64,000 bases of DNA. Source: Myxococcales bacterium. Lineage in GTDB: Bacteria > Myxococcota_A > Polyangia > Polyangiales > Polyangiaceae. Of this stretch, positions 31,416-40,875 are shown in pieces (position 1 is the first letter of the stretch; the number at the start of each line of letters is the position of its first letter). The notes under the pieces are model-generated. The model was not told the origin of the DNA and did not search any database. It saw only the letters and a program-made list of their open reading frames with translations. Where the stretch lies: the NCBI GenBank assembly GCA_043747615.1, contig JAYTOU010000038.1:61992-125991 (forward strand), given 5' to 3'. The translations under genes and the position numbers were made by a program.

Positions 31416-31928
31416 ATGCTTCGGTCGACCTTCGGAGCCGTCATGGGTCTCACGTGCGTCGGTCTCTTCGGCTGCCGAGACCTCGCCCACTTCTCGACCG
31501 GCGATGGACACTACGAGGGCACGGTCGTGTCCGCCAATTTCGTGCGCGCGGGGATCAGTGATGGCATGCGCCTGTGCGTGACCCTCGATGCCGACAAGCT
31601 GCAAGATGCGCCGGGCACGCTGTCATCGAGCGACGGTAAATTTTCGAACACCGTTCTGCGTCCCATCCCGCAAATCTGGCACGATCCGCTCTCCACGCTC
31701 ACGTTCGGCGAGGGACGGGTAAAGAACCTCGTCTACATGGCGGCTCCGTCTCCCGACGCCGGCGATTCGTCCGACGTCACGGTGATCTTGTCCCTCCTCG
31801 CTTCGGGGGCCATCGAAGCGCGGCTCCTCCGGGGGGCGCCGACCACCAGCGACGTCGGTGTCGCCGCGTCGAACAATCTCTTCGGAGCTTTTACGCTCGT
31901 TCGCGCGCCGGGCGCTTGCCCCTTCTGA
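31416..31928 (+). CDS. Hypothetical lipoprotein
   Basis: Lipobox GLFGC; 2-3 bp spacing to both neighbours. Confidence 0.75.
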   Translation: MLRSTFGAVMGLTCVGLFGCRDLAHFSTGDGHYEGTVVSANFVRAGISDGMRLCVTLDADKLQDAPGTLSSSDGKFSNTVLRPIPQIWHDPLSTLTFGEGRVKNLVYMAAPSPDAGDSSDVTVILSLLASGAIEARLLRGAPTTSDVGVAASNNLFGAFTLVRAPGACPF

Positions 31929-31931
31929 GAG

Positions 31932-32999
31932 ATGCTCGTTCTCGGACTCGAAACCTCCTGTGATGAGACCGGTGCATCGGTCGTGCGCGTCACTGACTTC
32001 GTCGGCGAGGTCCTCTCCGACGTCATACAAAGCCAAGTCGAGCTCCACGCCACCTACGGAGGCGTCGTGCCCGAGCTCGCCTCACGCGATCATGCTCGCA
32101 ACATCGGCCCGGTGATCCACGAAGCGCTCGCGCGCGCGGGAACGAAGCTGTCCGAGCTCGACGCCATCGCGGTGACCCATCGGCCCGGATTGGTCGGTGC
32201 GCTGCTCGTCGGCGTGCAGGTCGCAAAAGGCATGGCCTGGGGCGCGGGCGTTCCCATCGTCGGCGTCGACCATTTGATCGGGCACCTGCTTGCGATTTTT
32301 CTCCGCCGCGCTCCCGGCGAGGCCGCAGAGATCCCTGACTTCCCGTTCGTCGCGCTCCTCGCCTCCGGCGGGCACACCGCGATTTACCAGGTGAACGGGC
32401 CGCACGCTTCGGAGTGCGTCGAGCTTGGAGGCACGCGGGACGACGCCGCCGGCGAAGCCTTCGACAAGGTCGCGCGCCTGCTTGGTCTCGGCTACCCGGG
32501 CGGACCAGTGATTGATCGACTCGCCGCGAAGGGAGATCCGGCGCGCTTCGATTTCGCTTCGCCGATGGCGAACAGGAGCTCGTTCGAGTTCAGCTTTTCC
32601 GGACTGAAGACTCAGGTCGCCCAGCATGTGGCGCGCCATGGAATTCCCTCCGACGATGGTGAGCTCGCGTCCCTCTGCGCATCGTTCCAACGTGCGGTCA
32701 CCGAGGTGTTGGCCGCTAAGCTGGTGCGGGCCGCCAAAGCGAGCGGCGCAAAGAGCGTCGTCCTTGGTGGCGGGGTAGCTGCAAATCGCGAGCTCCGCGC
32801 GCGGGTAACGGATCTGGCTGGAAAAAACGGGCTTCGTGCATTCCTGCCTACGCTCGCTAGCTGCACCGACAACGCGGCGATGATCGCGTACGCCGGAGCG
32901 ATGCGCCTCCAGCGAGGCGAACGCGACGGTTGGGATCTTCTCGTCACCAGCCAGACTTCGCTACCGCGAACCACGCGGAAAGGCCGTGGCGATCGCTAG
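31932..32999 (+). CDS. tsaD: tRNA N6-adenosine threonylcarbamoyltransferase TsaD
   Basis: LGLETSCDET, GGVVPELASR, SGGHT, DDAAGEAFDK, CTDNAAMI. Confidence 0.97.
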   Translation: MLVLGLETSCDETGASVVRVTDFVGEVLSDVIQSQVELHATYGGVVPELASRDHARNIGPVIHEALARAGTKLSELDAIAVTHRPGLVGALLVGVQVAKGMAWGAGVPIVGVDHLIGHLLAIFLRRAPGEAAEIPDFPFVALLASGGHTAIYQVNGPHASECVELGGTRDDAAGEAFDKVARLLGLGYPGGPVIDRLAAKGDPARFDFASPMANRSSFEFSFSGLKTQVAQHVARHGIPSDDGELASLCASFQRAVTEVLAAKLVRAAKASGAKSVVLGGGVAANRELRARVTDLAGKNGLRAFLPTLASCTDNAAMIAYAGAMRLQRGERDGWDLLVTSQTSLPRTTRKGRGDR

Positions 33000-33038
33000 C
33001 ACGAAGACCAGTCGAGCGCCTCGCAGGGAAACTGCGTC

Positions 33039-33277
33039 CACGTGAGCGCTGAGCGGGTGGGCGTCGAAGCCGACGTCCGTGAGCACGTAGAAGAGGAGCG
33101 AATTCTGCTCCAAGCAGTAACCGCCGCGGCGGTCGTGAATGAGCTTTCGCTCAAGGCGCTCGGTTCGAGCTCGATCGATCGGCCGAGGAGAACGTCGAGG
33201 TTCTCGAACGGAATGGTCTGGACATGTGCGCGCACGATGGCGTTGAGCACGTCGAGGGTGGGGGTGCGCTGTCCAGA
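33039..33277 (-). pseudogene. Arylamine N-acetyltransferase remnant (frameshifted and truncated)
   Basis: PTLDVLNAIVRAHVQTIPFENLDVLLG, then after a frameshift near 33153 ERKLIHDRRGGYCLEQNSLL; the rest of the enzyme is absent. Confidence 0.85.
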
Positions 33278-33283
33278 GGCTCG

Positions 33284-34951
33284 TCAGTGCTTGACGTGCC
33301 CGTGGCGCTTCTTCGGAGCAGAGGCCACATCGGCATGCTCCTTGGTGTGCGTGGGCGCATCGATTTTTTCTGCGAGAGCACCGGTTGGCGCGAGCACCAT
33401 CTCGAGTGTGTCGCCCTTCGCGCGCACTTGATAATTCGGCACGCCGTCCTTGAAGGTCACCGAGAGCTCCGCACCGCTCCCGTCGTTGGTGACCTTGATG
33501 GAGCCGATTCGTCCGTCGCGCGCAGCGAGCGGGCCTGCCGCTTCGAGCGAGCGCCGATTGGGAAGCATCACCGTGAACCCGGTGGGCTGTGAGGCTCCTT
33601 CGATCTTCTCGATCATGCCGTCCATCTTGAGACGCAGAACGTTGCCGTGAGAGACCGCGGCGTTACCGAAGGGAGTGACGTGCATTGCCTTCTTGTGACC
33701 GTGCTTGTCGGTGACCGGCTCGTCGTTCATGACGATCGGACCATCGGAGATGATCGCGGGGGGAACGGCGAGCGGTGCACCACCCGCGAGCGTCGCACCC
33801 ATCGGCGCGAACGGATCGGGAGCGGCGGGGGGGGGGGGCGCGGCGGCAGCGGGCGCGGCTTGCTCGGCAGGAGCGGCAGCGACGGGCGGCGGTGCGGGCT
33901 TTCGCATGGCGACGGCGAGGAGGAGGAGAGCGATTCCCGCTGCGCTGCCGATGGCGATGCCGCGTTTGTTCACCGGAAATTTTCCTGCTTTCGTGGCCTC
34001 GTCGGCTTCGTGCTTGGCGTCGGCGAGCGAGTCGCCACGAATGACTTTGCGACCGCTCGCGTGGAGCGCTCCGCCGGGCGGCGGCGACGTCATGCGACGG
34101 GGAGGCGCGGCTGCTTCCTCCTTCTTTGCAGCGCGACGCGCCGCAAGAAGTGCCACGGTGATCTTCGCGCGCTTGGCGAAGTCGACCATCGCCGGGCCGG
34201 CTTTCGCTGCCGCGCGTGCGAAGGCGCCCTTCATCTGATCGGACGCGCTCTTAATCGACTCGTAGTCGGCGTCGGGAGAGGCGCCCGCCTCGTGGCCGTC
34301 GATCACGGTGGGATCAGGCGTGCCCTCTTTGGCTGCGGCCACGAGTCCGGGCTCGCTCACGTCGACGTCCTCGGACGTCACGTCGTAGCGAAGCGCGACG
34401 ACGAGCTGGGGCACCTTCGACTCCGGATCGATTTCCACTTCGACGCGATCGATGCGTGCGGGGCGCTTGCGGCCGGTCTCGGCATCCTCGAGCTCGAGCG
34501 TCTTGCCGACTTTCAAGAAGCCAAGCTCGCTCCCAACGGTGAGCTCGGCGCGGTTCGAATCACGCACCCGGGCGCGCATGGGAGAGCCGAGGCCATCGAT
34601 GTGCAGGCGGACCCGCGTACCGAGCACGGCGTTCGTCTGGGTGATCCTGGCGACGGCGGCGGCGCTCTCGGCATCGAGCCCGGTGAAGCGAATTCCAAAC
34701 TCGCCCCCCTTCCCGGCCTCTTGGTTCCAAACCACTTCGCCGGCGGCCATGACGCTCTCGTTCGAGGCATCGAATCGGCACGTCAGCGGCTGGCCGACCT
34801 CCGGAAGATACGCCGTACGGAGGTGCATTCCATCGTCGGAGACGTCGATGGCCTGAGCCTCGAACGACGGCCCGAGTGACCCACCGACTTCGACCAGTGC
34901 CTCGAACGGAAACCGCGTCGCGCCCTGCGCGCGTCGATCATCGATGCTCAT
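33284..34951 (-). CDS. PilZ-domain membrane protein with exported C-terminal domain
   Basis: N-terminal PilZ (AIDVSDDGMHL, GEVVW, FGIRF), second PilZ-like segment, TM helix, Pro/Ala linker; GGAGG before ATG 34951. Confidence 0.82.
   Translation of the reverse strand: MSIDDRRAQGATRFPFEALVEVGGSLGPSFEAQAIDVSDDGMHLRTAYLPEVGQPLTCRFDASNESVMAAGEVVWNQEAGKGGEFGIRFTGLDAESAAAVARITQTNAVLGTRVRLHIDGLGSPMRARVRDSNRAELTVGSELGFLKVGKTLELEDAETGRKRPARIDRVEVEIDPESKVPQLVVALRYDVTSEDVDVSEPGLVAAAKEGTPDPTVIDGHEAGASPDADYESIKSASDQMKGAFARAAAKAGPAMVDFAKRAKITVALLAARRAAKKEEAAAPPRRMTSPPPGGALHASGRKVIRGDSLADAKHEADEATKAGKFPVNKRGIAIGSAAGIALLLLAVAMRKPAPPPVAAAPAEQAAPAAAAPPPPAAPDPFAPMGATLAGGAPLAVPPAIISDGPIVMNDEPVTDKHGHKKAMHVTPFGNAAVSHGNVLRLKMDGMIEKIEGASQPTGFTVMLPNRRSLEAAGPLAARDGRIGSIKVTNDGSGAELSVTFKDGVPNYQVRAKGDTLEMVLAPTGALAEKIDAPTHTKEHADVASAPKKRHGHVKH
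33827..33838. repeat. G12 homopolymer (C12 on coding strand, four Pro codons)
   Basis: Twelve consecutive G read directly from the sequence. Confidence 0.9.
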
Positions 34952-35133
34952 GTAATCCTCCAGTTTGGAATACCCGTGGGATAAGGAATCCCGCGGCATG
35001 GGGCCAAGTTTTGGAGGACTATAAAATCAGGCTACGTCACGGGTGCCGCTCGACACGGTCTGCGGAGGTGACCTAGCCGATCGCCGGGCGGCGAGCTCGT
35101 CGGCGAACTTCGCAAAGAGTCCGAGCGCCTTCA

Positions 35134-35307
35134 CTACGTCGGCCTTCCCTGATCGTCGATCTCACCGCGCTCCGCATCGACGAGGGTGTCGAGGCGGCTG
35201 TCGCTCGTCCCTTTTTCGACCATCGCGAGAATCTTTTCGCGAAGCTCCGTGAGCTCTTTGGCCGACACGTCGCCGTCGGTGCGCGCGAGGTAGAGGCACA
35301 GTCGGAA
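35134..35307 (-). pseudogene. Possible TerB-like gene fragment
   Basis: Stop-bounded frame without a proper start: FRLCLYLARTDGDVSAKELTELREKILAMVEKG, similar to the TerB AxADGxVSxxE motif. Confidence 0.35.
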
Positions 35308-35338
35308 TCACGCCGCCTAGTCGACCTGCGGGAGAAGG

Positions 35339-36904
35339 TCAGAGCGGAATGTTCGAGTGCTTTTTCGGGGGGTTCGAGTCGCGCTTGTCTTTGAGCATTT
35401 CGAGCGAGCGATGCAGGCGGGCGCGCAGGGTGTGCGGGTAAATCACCTCGTCGATGAACCCGAGCTCTGCAGCCTTGTAAGGGTTTGCAAACTTTTCTTT
35501 GTAGTCTGCAACGAATGCCGCTTTGGTGGCCACGGGATCGGTCGCCTTGGCGATCTCGTTTCGGCGCACGATGTTGACGGCGCCGTCGGGCCCCATCACC
35601 GCGATCTCTGCGGTGGGAAACGCAAAATTCATGTCGGCGCGAATGTGCTTCGACGCCATCACGTCGTAGGCCCCACCGTACGCCTTTCGGAGGATGACGG
35701 TGACCTTCGGAACCGTGGCTTCCGCGAACGCAAAAAGAAGCTTGGCGCCGTGCTTGATGATCCCGCCGTACTCCTGCTCGGTGCCGGGTAGAAACCCGGG
35801 CACGTCGACGAAGGTGACGATCGGAATGTTGAAGCAGTCGCAAAAACGGACGAAGCGTGCGGCTTTCATGGAGGCGTCGATGTCGAGCACGCCGGCCAGG
35901 ATTTGAGGCTGGTTGGCCACGATGCCGACGGCGCGGCCCCCGACGCGCGCGAAGCCCACCACGATGTTCGCCGCGTACTGCTCGGCGATCTCGAAGAGAT
36001 TTCCGTCGTCCACCACCGCGGTGATGACCTCTTTGACGTCATAAGGTTTGTTCGACTCGAGCGGGATCATCGCGTCGAGCTCCGGCACTTCGCGGAGCGG
36101 CGGATCCTGCGTGGGCTTGAACGGCGGATCTTCGTGGTTGTTCGACGGCATGAAGGAGAGCAAATCGCGGATCTGGGCGATGCAGGTGCGGTCGTCCTGG
36201 GAGGTGAGATGGCAGACGCCGCTCCGCGAGGCGTGGGTGGTCGCGCCGCCCAGATCTTCCTTGGTGACCTCTTCGTGGGTGACGGCCTTGATCACATCGG
36301 GGCCGGTGATGAACATGTAGCTCGTCCCCTCCACCATCAAGATGAAGTCGGTGATGGCCGGGGAGTACACGGCGCCGCCCGCGCAGGGGCCCATGATCGC
36401 GCTAATCTGTGGGACGACGCCGCTTGCGAGCGTGTTGCGGAGAAAGATGTCGGCGTACCCCGCGAGGGATTCCACGCCTTCTTGAATGCGTGCCCCGCCG
36501 GAATCGTTCAGCCCGATGACGGGCGCGCCGACCTTGAGCGCGAGATCCATGAGCTTGCAGATCTTTGACGCGTACGCGCCGCTGAGCGAGCCCCCGAACA
36601 CCGTGAAGTCTTGGGCGAAGACGAAGATCTTTCGACCGTCGATGTTGCCGTAGCCGGTGACCACTCCGTCCCCCAAGATCTTCTGGGTCTCCATCTCGAA
36701 GTCGGTGCAGCGATGGGTGACGAAGCGCCCGATCTCGACGAACGATCCTGGGTCGAGCAAGAGATCGATCCGCTCGCGCGCGGTGAGCTTGCCCCCCTCG
36801 TGTTGCTTCTTGATGCGCTCGGCTCCGCCGCCGAGGAGCGCTTTTTCGTTGAGCGAATCGAGCCGTTCGATGTGCGGGAGCTTGGAAGCGGAGGCCATGG
36901 CCAT
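35339..36904 (-). CDS. pccB: Acyl-CoA (propionyl-CoA type) carboxylase beta subunit
   Basis: [43 protein letters not shown]. Confidence 0.93.
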   Translation of the reverse strand: MAMASASKLPHIERLDSLNEKALLGGGAERIKKQHEGGKLTARERIDLLLDPGSFVEIGRFVTHRCTDFEMETQKILGDGVVTGYGNIDGRKIFVFAQDFTVFGGSLSGAYASKICKLMDLALKVGAPVIGLNDSGGARIQEGVESLAGYADIFLRNTLASGVVPQISAIMGPCAGGAVYSPAITDFILMVEGTSYMFITGPDVIKAVTHEEVTKEDLGGATTHASRSGVCHLTSQDDRTCIAQIRDLLSFMPSNNHEDPPFKPTQDPPLREVPELDAMIPLESNKPYDVKEVITAVVDDGNLFEIAEQYAANIVVGFARVGGRAVGIVANQPQILAGVLDIDASMKAARFVRFCDCFNIPIVTFVDVPGFLPGTEQEYGGIIKHGAKLLFAFAEATVPKVTVILRKAYGGAYDVMASKHIRADMNFAFPTAEIAVMGPDGAVNIVRRNEIAKATDPVATKAAFVADYKEKFANPYKAAELGFIDEVIYPHTLRARLHRSLEMLKDKRDSNPPKKHSNIPL

Positions 36905-36913
36905 TCGTATACT

Positions 36914-38023
36914 TTACGGCGGGTCGATGTACTCGACTTCTTCGCCGCGAAACGTGCGGAGCCTTGTTTTTCCCGGTGATCGCGAGACCAAGTACTCAGG
37001 AAGAAGCGGGACTTTTCCCTTGCCGCCCGGCGTGTCGCAGATGAATTTCGGGAGCGCGATTCCCGACAGTCGACCCTGAAGTTGCCCCATGATTCGAAGA
37101 CCAGCGTCGAGCGGTGTTCGCAAATGCGACGTGCCCCGCACCGGATCGGCTTGGAGAAGATAGTACGGGCGGACCCGCGCGCGTACGAGGGCGCGAAAGA
37201 GTGACTCGAGTGTCTGCGCGTCGTCGTTCACACCCTTGAGCAAAACGGTCTGGTTCATCACGGGAAAGCCAGCGTTCGCCAGGCGATTGCACGCCGCGAT
37301 GGAAGCGCGCGTCATCTCTTTCGGATGGTTGAAATGGGTCATCACCCAGAGCGGATGAAACGGACGGAGCGCGCGCAGAAGCTCGGCCGTGATGCGCATC
37401 GGAAGGGTCACCGGGACGCGCGTGGCCAAACGGATCGTCTCTACGCTCGGGATCGCTCGCACCGCCGCCACCACCCGCACGAGCTTCTCTGTGCTCATCG
37501 CCAGCGGATCGCCGCCGCTCACGATCACGTCGCGGATCTGGGGATGTTCTCGGATGAACGAGAGAGCGGGACCGAGCGCTTCAAGCGAGACGGCGCCCCC
37601 CGCCGCGCCCACCATCCGCGAGCGCGTGCAGAAGCGGCAGTAGACGGCGCACCGGTCGGTCGCCAGGAGAAGGACCCGGTCGGGATAGCGCTGCACGAGA
37701 TTCGGGGCCACTTCGTGGGCCACCTCGCCGAGCGGATCTTCGAGGTCACCCGTGACGTGGATCGCTTCGCGCCCGTCGGGCACACACTGGACGCGCACCG
37801 GGCACGCCTCGTCACGCGGATCGCACAGCGAGAGGTAGTAGGGCGTGATGCTCATCGGGAGCCCTTGGCGTTCTGCGCGCCGCGCGCCTTCAAGCTCGCG
37901 AGGCGTGAGCGGGAGCGCGGCCGAAAGCGCGTCGACGGTGGTGACCGCGTGCCGGATCTGCCACTGCCATGTCTTGTCGTCCCGAGGAGGCACGCGCGCT
38001 CGCTCTCGTCGCTGAAGAATCAT
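36914..38023 (-). CDS. KamA family radical SAM protein (lysine 2,3-aminomutase/EpmB-like)
   Basis: RYPDRVLL, CAVYCRFCTR, SGGDPL, THFNHP, NQTVLLKGVND, PGGKGK. Confidence 0.92.
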   Translation of the reverse strand: MILQRRERARVPPRDDKTWQWQIRHAVTTVDALSAALPLTPRELEGARRAERQGLPMSITPYYLSLCDPRDEACPVRVQCVPDGREAIHVTGDLEDPLGEVAHEVAPNLVQRYPDRVLLLATDRCAVYCRFCTRSRMVGAAGGAVSLEALGPALSFIREHPQIRDVIVSGGDPLAMSTEKLVRVVAAVRAIPSVETIRLATRVPVTLPMRITAELLRALRPFHPLWVMTHFNHPKEMTRASIAACNRLANAGFPVMNQTVLLKGVNDDAQTLESLFRALVRARVRPYYLLQADPVRGTSHLRTPLDAGLRIMGQLQGRLSGIALPKFICDTPGGKGKVPLLPEYLVSRSPGKTRLRTFRGEEVEYIDPP

Positions 38024-38024
38024 T

Positions 38025-39026
38025 CTAATCGTGAGCGCCGGCGTCGGCCAAATCCACCTTCACCGTGGCGAGCACGTTGTCGTCAATCTGCACGACGAAC
38101 TGGGTGCGAAGCGCGGCCAGCGTTTCTTCTTCGCGCGCACGGATTTTATCCTGGGCGAGCTTTACACGGATCTGCCGATCCGCCTCGGCGAACGCGCGTT
38201 CGTGAGCGTCGGTCTTTTGGGTGAGACGCACGAGATAGACCTTCCCCGCGGCCTTCACGGGACGACCGAGCACGTCGCCGACCTTGGCGATCTCGAACGA
38301 CGCTGCCCTCACGTCTTCGGGGACGCGCAAGTTGTCACCGCGAGGGTCACCGGGCGGACTCACCATCCCGACATCACCCGCGAGATCTACCGGCACGTTC
38401 GCCTTCGCCTGCGGGTCGTTCGATTTCGCCCTCACGAGCTCGCCCCACTGCGCGGCGCTAGCACTCTTCTTTGCTTGCTCGAGGACCGTGTTCGCCGTCG
38501 CCTCGTCTTTGACGATGATGAGCGAGAGTCGGCGCCGCTCGGGATCGCGGTAGTCCGCTTTGTGTGCTTCGAAATAGGCCCGCACCTCGGGCTCCGGAAT
38601 GTCGTTCGGGAGCGTCGCCCCTTTGCGTGCGTCGGTGAGGAGCGCGTCGCGGAGGATCGCTCGCTCCTCTTGTGCTGCTACCTGATCCTTGTCGTATCCC
38701 TTGAGCACGGCCTCGTGAGCCAGGAGCTCGATGTTGATCATTTCGGTGAGCAGCTCTTTTCGTCGCTCGGGGGACTGGTAGCGCAGGCGATCGAACTGAT
38801 CCATGTGCTCGAGGGTCGCCACGTAGTCGCCAAGAGTAATGGTCTTGTCGCCGATCCGGACGAGGACCTTCGCCGCCTGTTCGGGGGTGAGCGACGCGCT
38901 CGAGTGATGAACGCCCGCGTCGGGGCCCGTCTCGTTCTGGAGGGCTTTTTCGTTACAGCCGAGACCTAGGACGCCAAGGGCGGTGAGCCCCAGCAGAACG
39001 GCTACGGAGATCGGGCCTCTAAGCAT
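38025..39026 (-). CDS. Parvulin/SurA-type peptidyl-prolyl isomerase lipoprotein
   Basis: Lipobox LGLGC, SurA-like N-domain ([18 protein letters not shown]), PpiC-like domain ([16 protein letters not shown]). Confidence 0.75.
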   Translation of the reverse strand: MLRGPISVAVLLGLTALGVLGLGCNEKALQNETGPDAGVHHSSASLTPEQAAKVLVRIGDKTITLGDYVATLEHMDQFDRLRYQSPERRKELLTEMINIELLAHEAVLKGYDKDQVAAQEERAILRDALLTDARKGATLPNDIPEPEVRAYFEAHKADYRDPERRRLSLIIVKDEATANTVLEQAKKSASAAQWGELVRAKSNDPQAKANVPVDLAGDVGMVSPPGDPRGDNLRVPEDVRAASFEIAKVGDVLGRPVKAAGKVYLVRLTQKTDAHERAFAEADRQIRVKLAQDKIRAREEETLAALRTQFVVQIDDNVLATVKVDLADAGAHD

Positions 39027-39085
39027 GCCCCCGGGGATTACTACGCCGGGCCCGCGCGCGCCACCGCGTGCTATATCCGGCGAAC

Positions 39086-39859
39086 ATGCGTCCCAAGAGC
39101 AGCGATGGCGAAGACCGTACAATCCCTCCGCCCGCGCCCCATCCCAAACTCAAGTACCGCAGGATCATCCTCAAACTGAGCGGAGAGGCCCTCTGCGGTA
39201 CCCAGGGGGGATTCGGCATTCACCCCGATGTCCTCAGGTCCACGGCCCAGGAGCTGGCCGAAGTGCACGCGCTCGGCGTGCAAGTGGGAATCGTGGTCGG
39301 CGGCGGCAACATTTTCCGCGGCCTCAAAGGGGCAAGCGCCGGGATGGACCGCGCGCAGAGCGACTACATGGGCATGCTCGCGACGGTGATCAACGCCCTC
39401 GCCCTCCAAGACGCGCTCGAAAAATCATCCGTTCCCACCCGCGTGCAGACCGCGATCGAAATTCGCCAGGTCGCTGAGCCGTACATTCGCCGTCGCGCCG
39501 TGCGGCACTTGGAAAAAGGGCGAATGGTCATCTTCGCCGCCGGCACCGGCAATCCGTACTTTTCGACGGATACCGCCGCCGCCCTCCGTGCGATGGAGAT
39601 CCACGCCGACGCGATCTTCAAAGCCACCAAGGTCGAAGGTGTCTACGACCGCGATCCGGAGCACTTCCCCGACGCGCAAATGTTCCCCAAAATGAGCTTC
39701 GATCGCTTCCTCGCCGACCGAATCGGGGTCATGGACTCGACCGCCGTCTCCCTCTGCCGCGACAACGGCATGTCCATCCGGGTCTTCAAGATGATGACCC
39801 GCGGCAACATCAAGCGCGTCGTCATGGGCGAAGAAGTCGGCACCATCGTCGGGCCTTAG
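39086..39859 (+). CDS. pyrH: Uridylate kinase
   Basis: [40 protein letters not shown]. Confidence 0.97.
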   Translation: MRPKSSDGEDRTIPPPAPHPKLKYRRIILKLSGEALCGTQGGFGIHPDVLRSTAQELAEVHALGVQVGIVVGGGNIFRGLKGASAGMDRAQSDYMGMLATVINALALQDALEKSSVPTRVQTAIEIRQVAEPYIRRRAVRHLEKGRMVIFAAGTGNPYFSTDTAAALRAMEIHADAIFKATKVEGVYDRDPEHFPDAQMFPKMSFDRFLADRIGVMDSTAVSLCRDNGMSIRVFKMMTRGNIKRVVMGEEVGTIVGP

Positions 39860-39879
39860 TCGACTCGGAAGGCGCGCGG

Positions 39880-40875
39880 CTACGCCTCGAGCGCGGCGCG
39901 AATGAGCACGGCGACCTCGGCGACATTTCCTTCGTCGTAGGGGCCGACGAGCATGTGCGCGTCGACGATCTTTGCGCTCGCCGCTTCACACGCTTCTTCG
40001 AGCAGCGAGTCGGCGGCTTCCTCCAAGCGGACGACAACCGCCGAGCCGGTGAGGGCCATCTGCCAAAGCGGCGCGTAGGCGGGGACCAACGGAAGGCACA
40101 CCAGCTCGAGCTCAAGCTCGGAACCGAGGTCGATGCGCACGACGGGGTGCGGCATCGGAACGACGGGTGCGCCTCCGCAGGACTCTGCTCCCACGAGGCA
40201 TTGCATGGCGTGCGAAAGGATGGCCAGACGGCTTGGCGTACCCGCAAAAACGAGGCGCACGCGCGTTCCAAAACCGCGACGCAGGCCGAGAGTCGCCATG
40301 GTTCGCACACGCTCGTGCTGTTCGTGCGAGGCCAGTGGTGTGCGGGAGAGGGTCGAGGCGAGATGGCGAATTCGTCCTGCGCCTTCGAGCTCGGCGACGG
40401 CCCGGAGGATATGGGCGTCGGCGCTCGGCACCGCGTCGAGCAGGTCGTCGATGAGCTGCGGCGTTCGCAGATAATGGAGCAGCGCCCGCGCATGCTCGGA
40501 AATTTCACCGTGCGCACTGCCCGCGTCGGCGGCGACGATCGGACGGGTCGCGGACTCGGGAAACGACGCGCGGAGGCGAGCCAGCGCGGCGAGGATCGCG
40601 GGCGCGCCTTCCAAGAGCGCGGAGGTCGGGGTGCTGATCCGTGCAGGGCCACCCGGGCTGCCTTCGGCGAACGTGGCCTGGGCTACGGGAGTCACGAGTG
40701 CCCGGTACAGCGCTTTTTCCCCATTTGCCCGGCCATGAAGGGCATCTTCGATGTTGCCGTGCGCGAGGCGAATTTCGGCGACGCTCTTTTCGGAATGGAG
40801 CGACACGGTCCCGCTCTTCTTCGCACGCGAGAGGTTGCTGACGAGCTCGAGGGTGGTCGCGGGCGCATCACTCAT
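39880..40875 (-). CDS. DUF4388 domain protein with a possible degenerate GTPase-like C-terminal domain
   Basis: N-terminal KKSGTVSL...GNIEDA...GEKALYR, typical of DUF4388; C-terminal RLVFAG...ELELVCLP...YAPLW has small-GTPase-like spacing but no P-loop. Confidence 0.6.
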   Translation of the reverse strand: MSDAPATTLELVSNLSRAKKSGTVSLHSEKSVAEIRLAHGNIEDALHGRANGEKALYRALVTPVAQATFAEGSPGGPARISTPTSALLEGAPAILAALARLRASFPESATRPIVAADAGSAHGEISEHARALLHYLRTPQLIDDLLDAVPSADAHILRAVAELEGAGRIRHLASTLSRTPLASHEQHERVRTMATLGLRRGFGTRVRLVFAGTPSRLAILSHAMQCLVGAESCGGAPVVPMPHPVVRIDLGSELELELVCLPLVPAYAPLWQMALTGSAVVVRLEEAADSLLEEACEAASAKIVDAHMLVGPYDEGNVAEVAVLIRAALEA

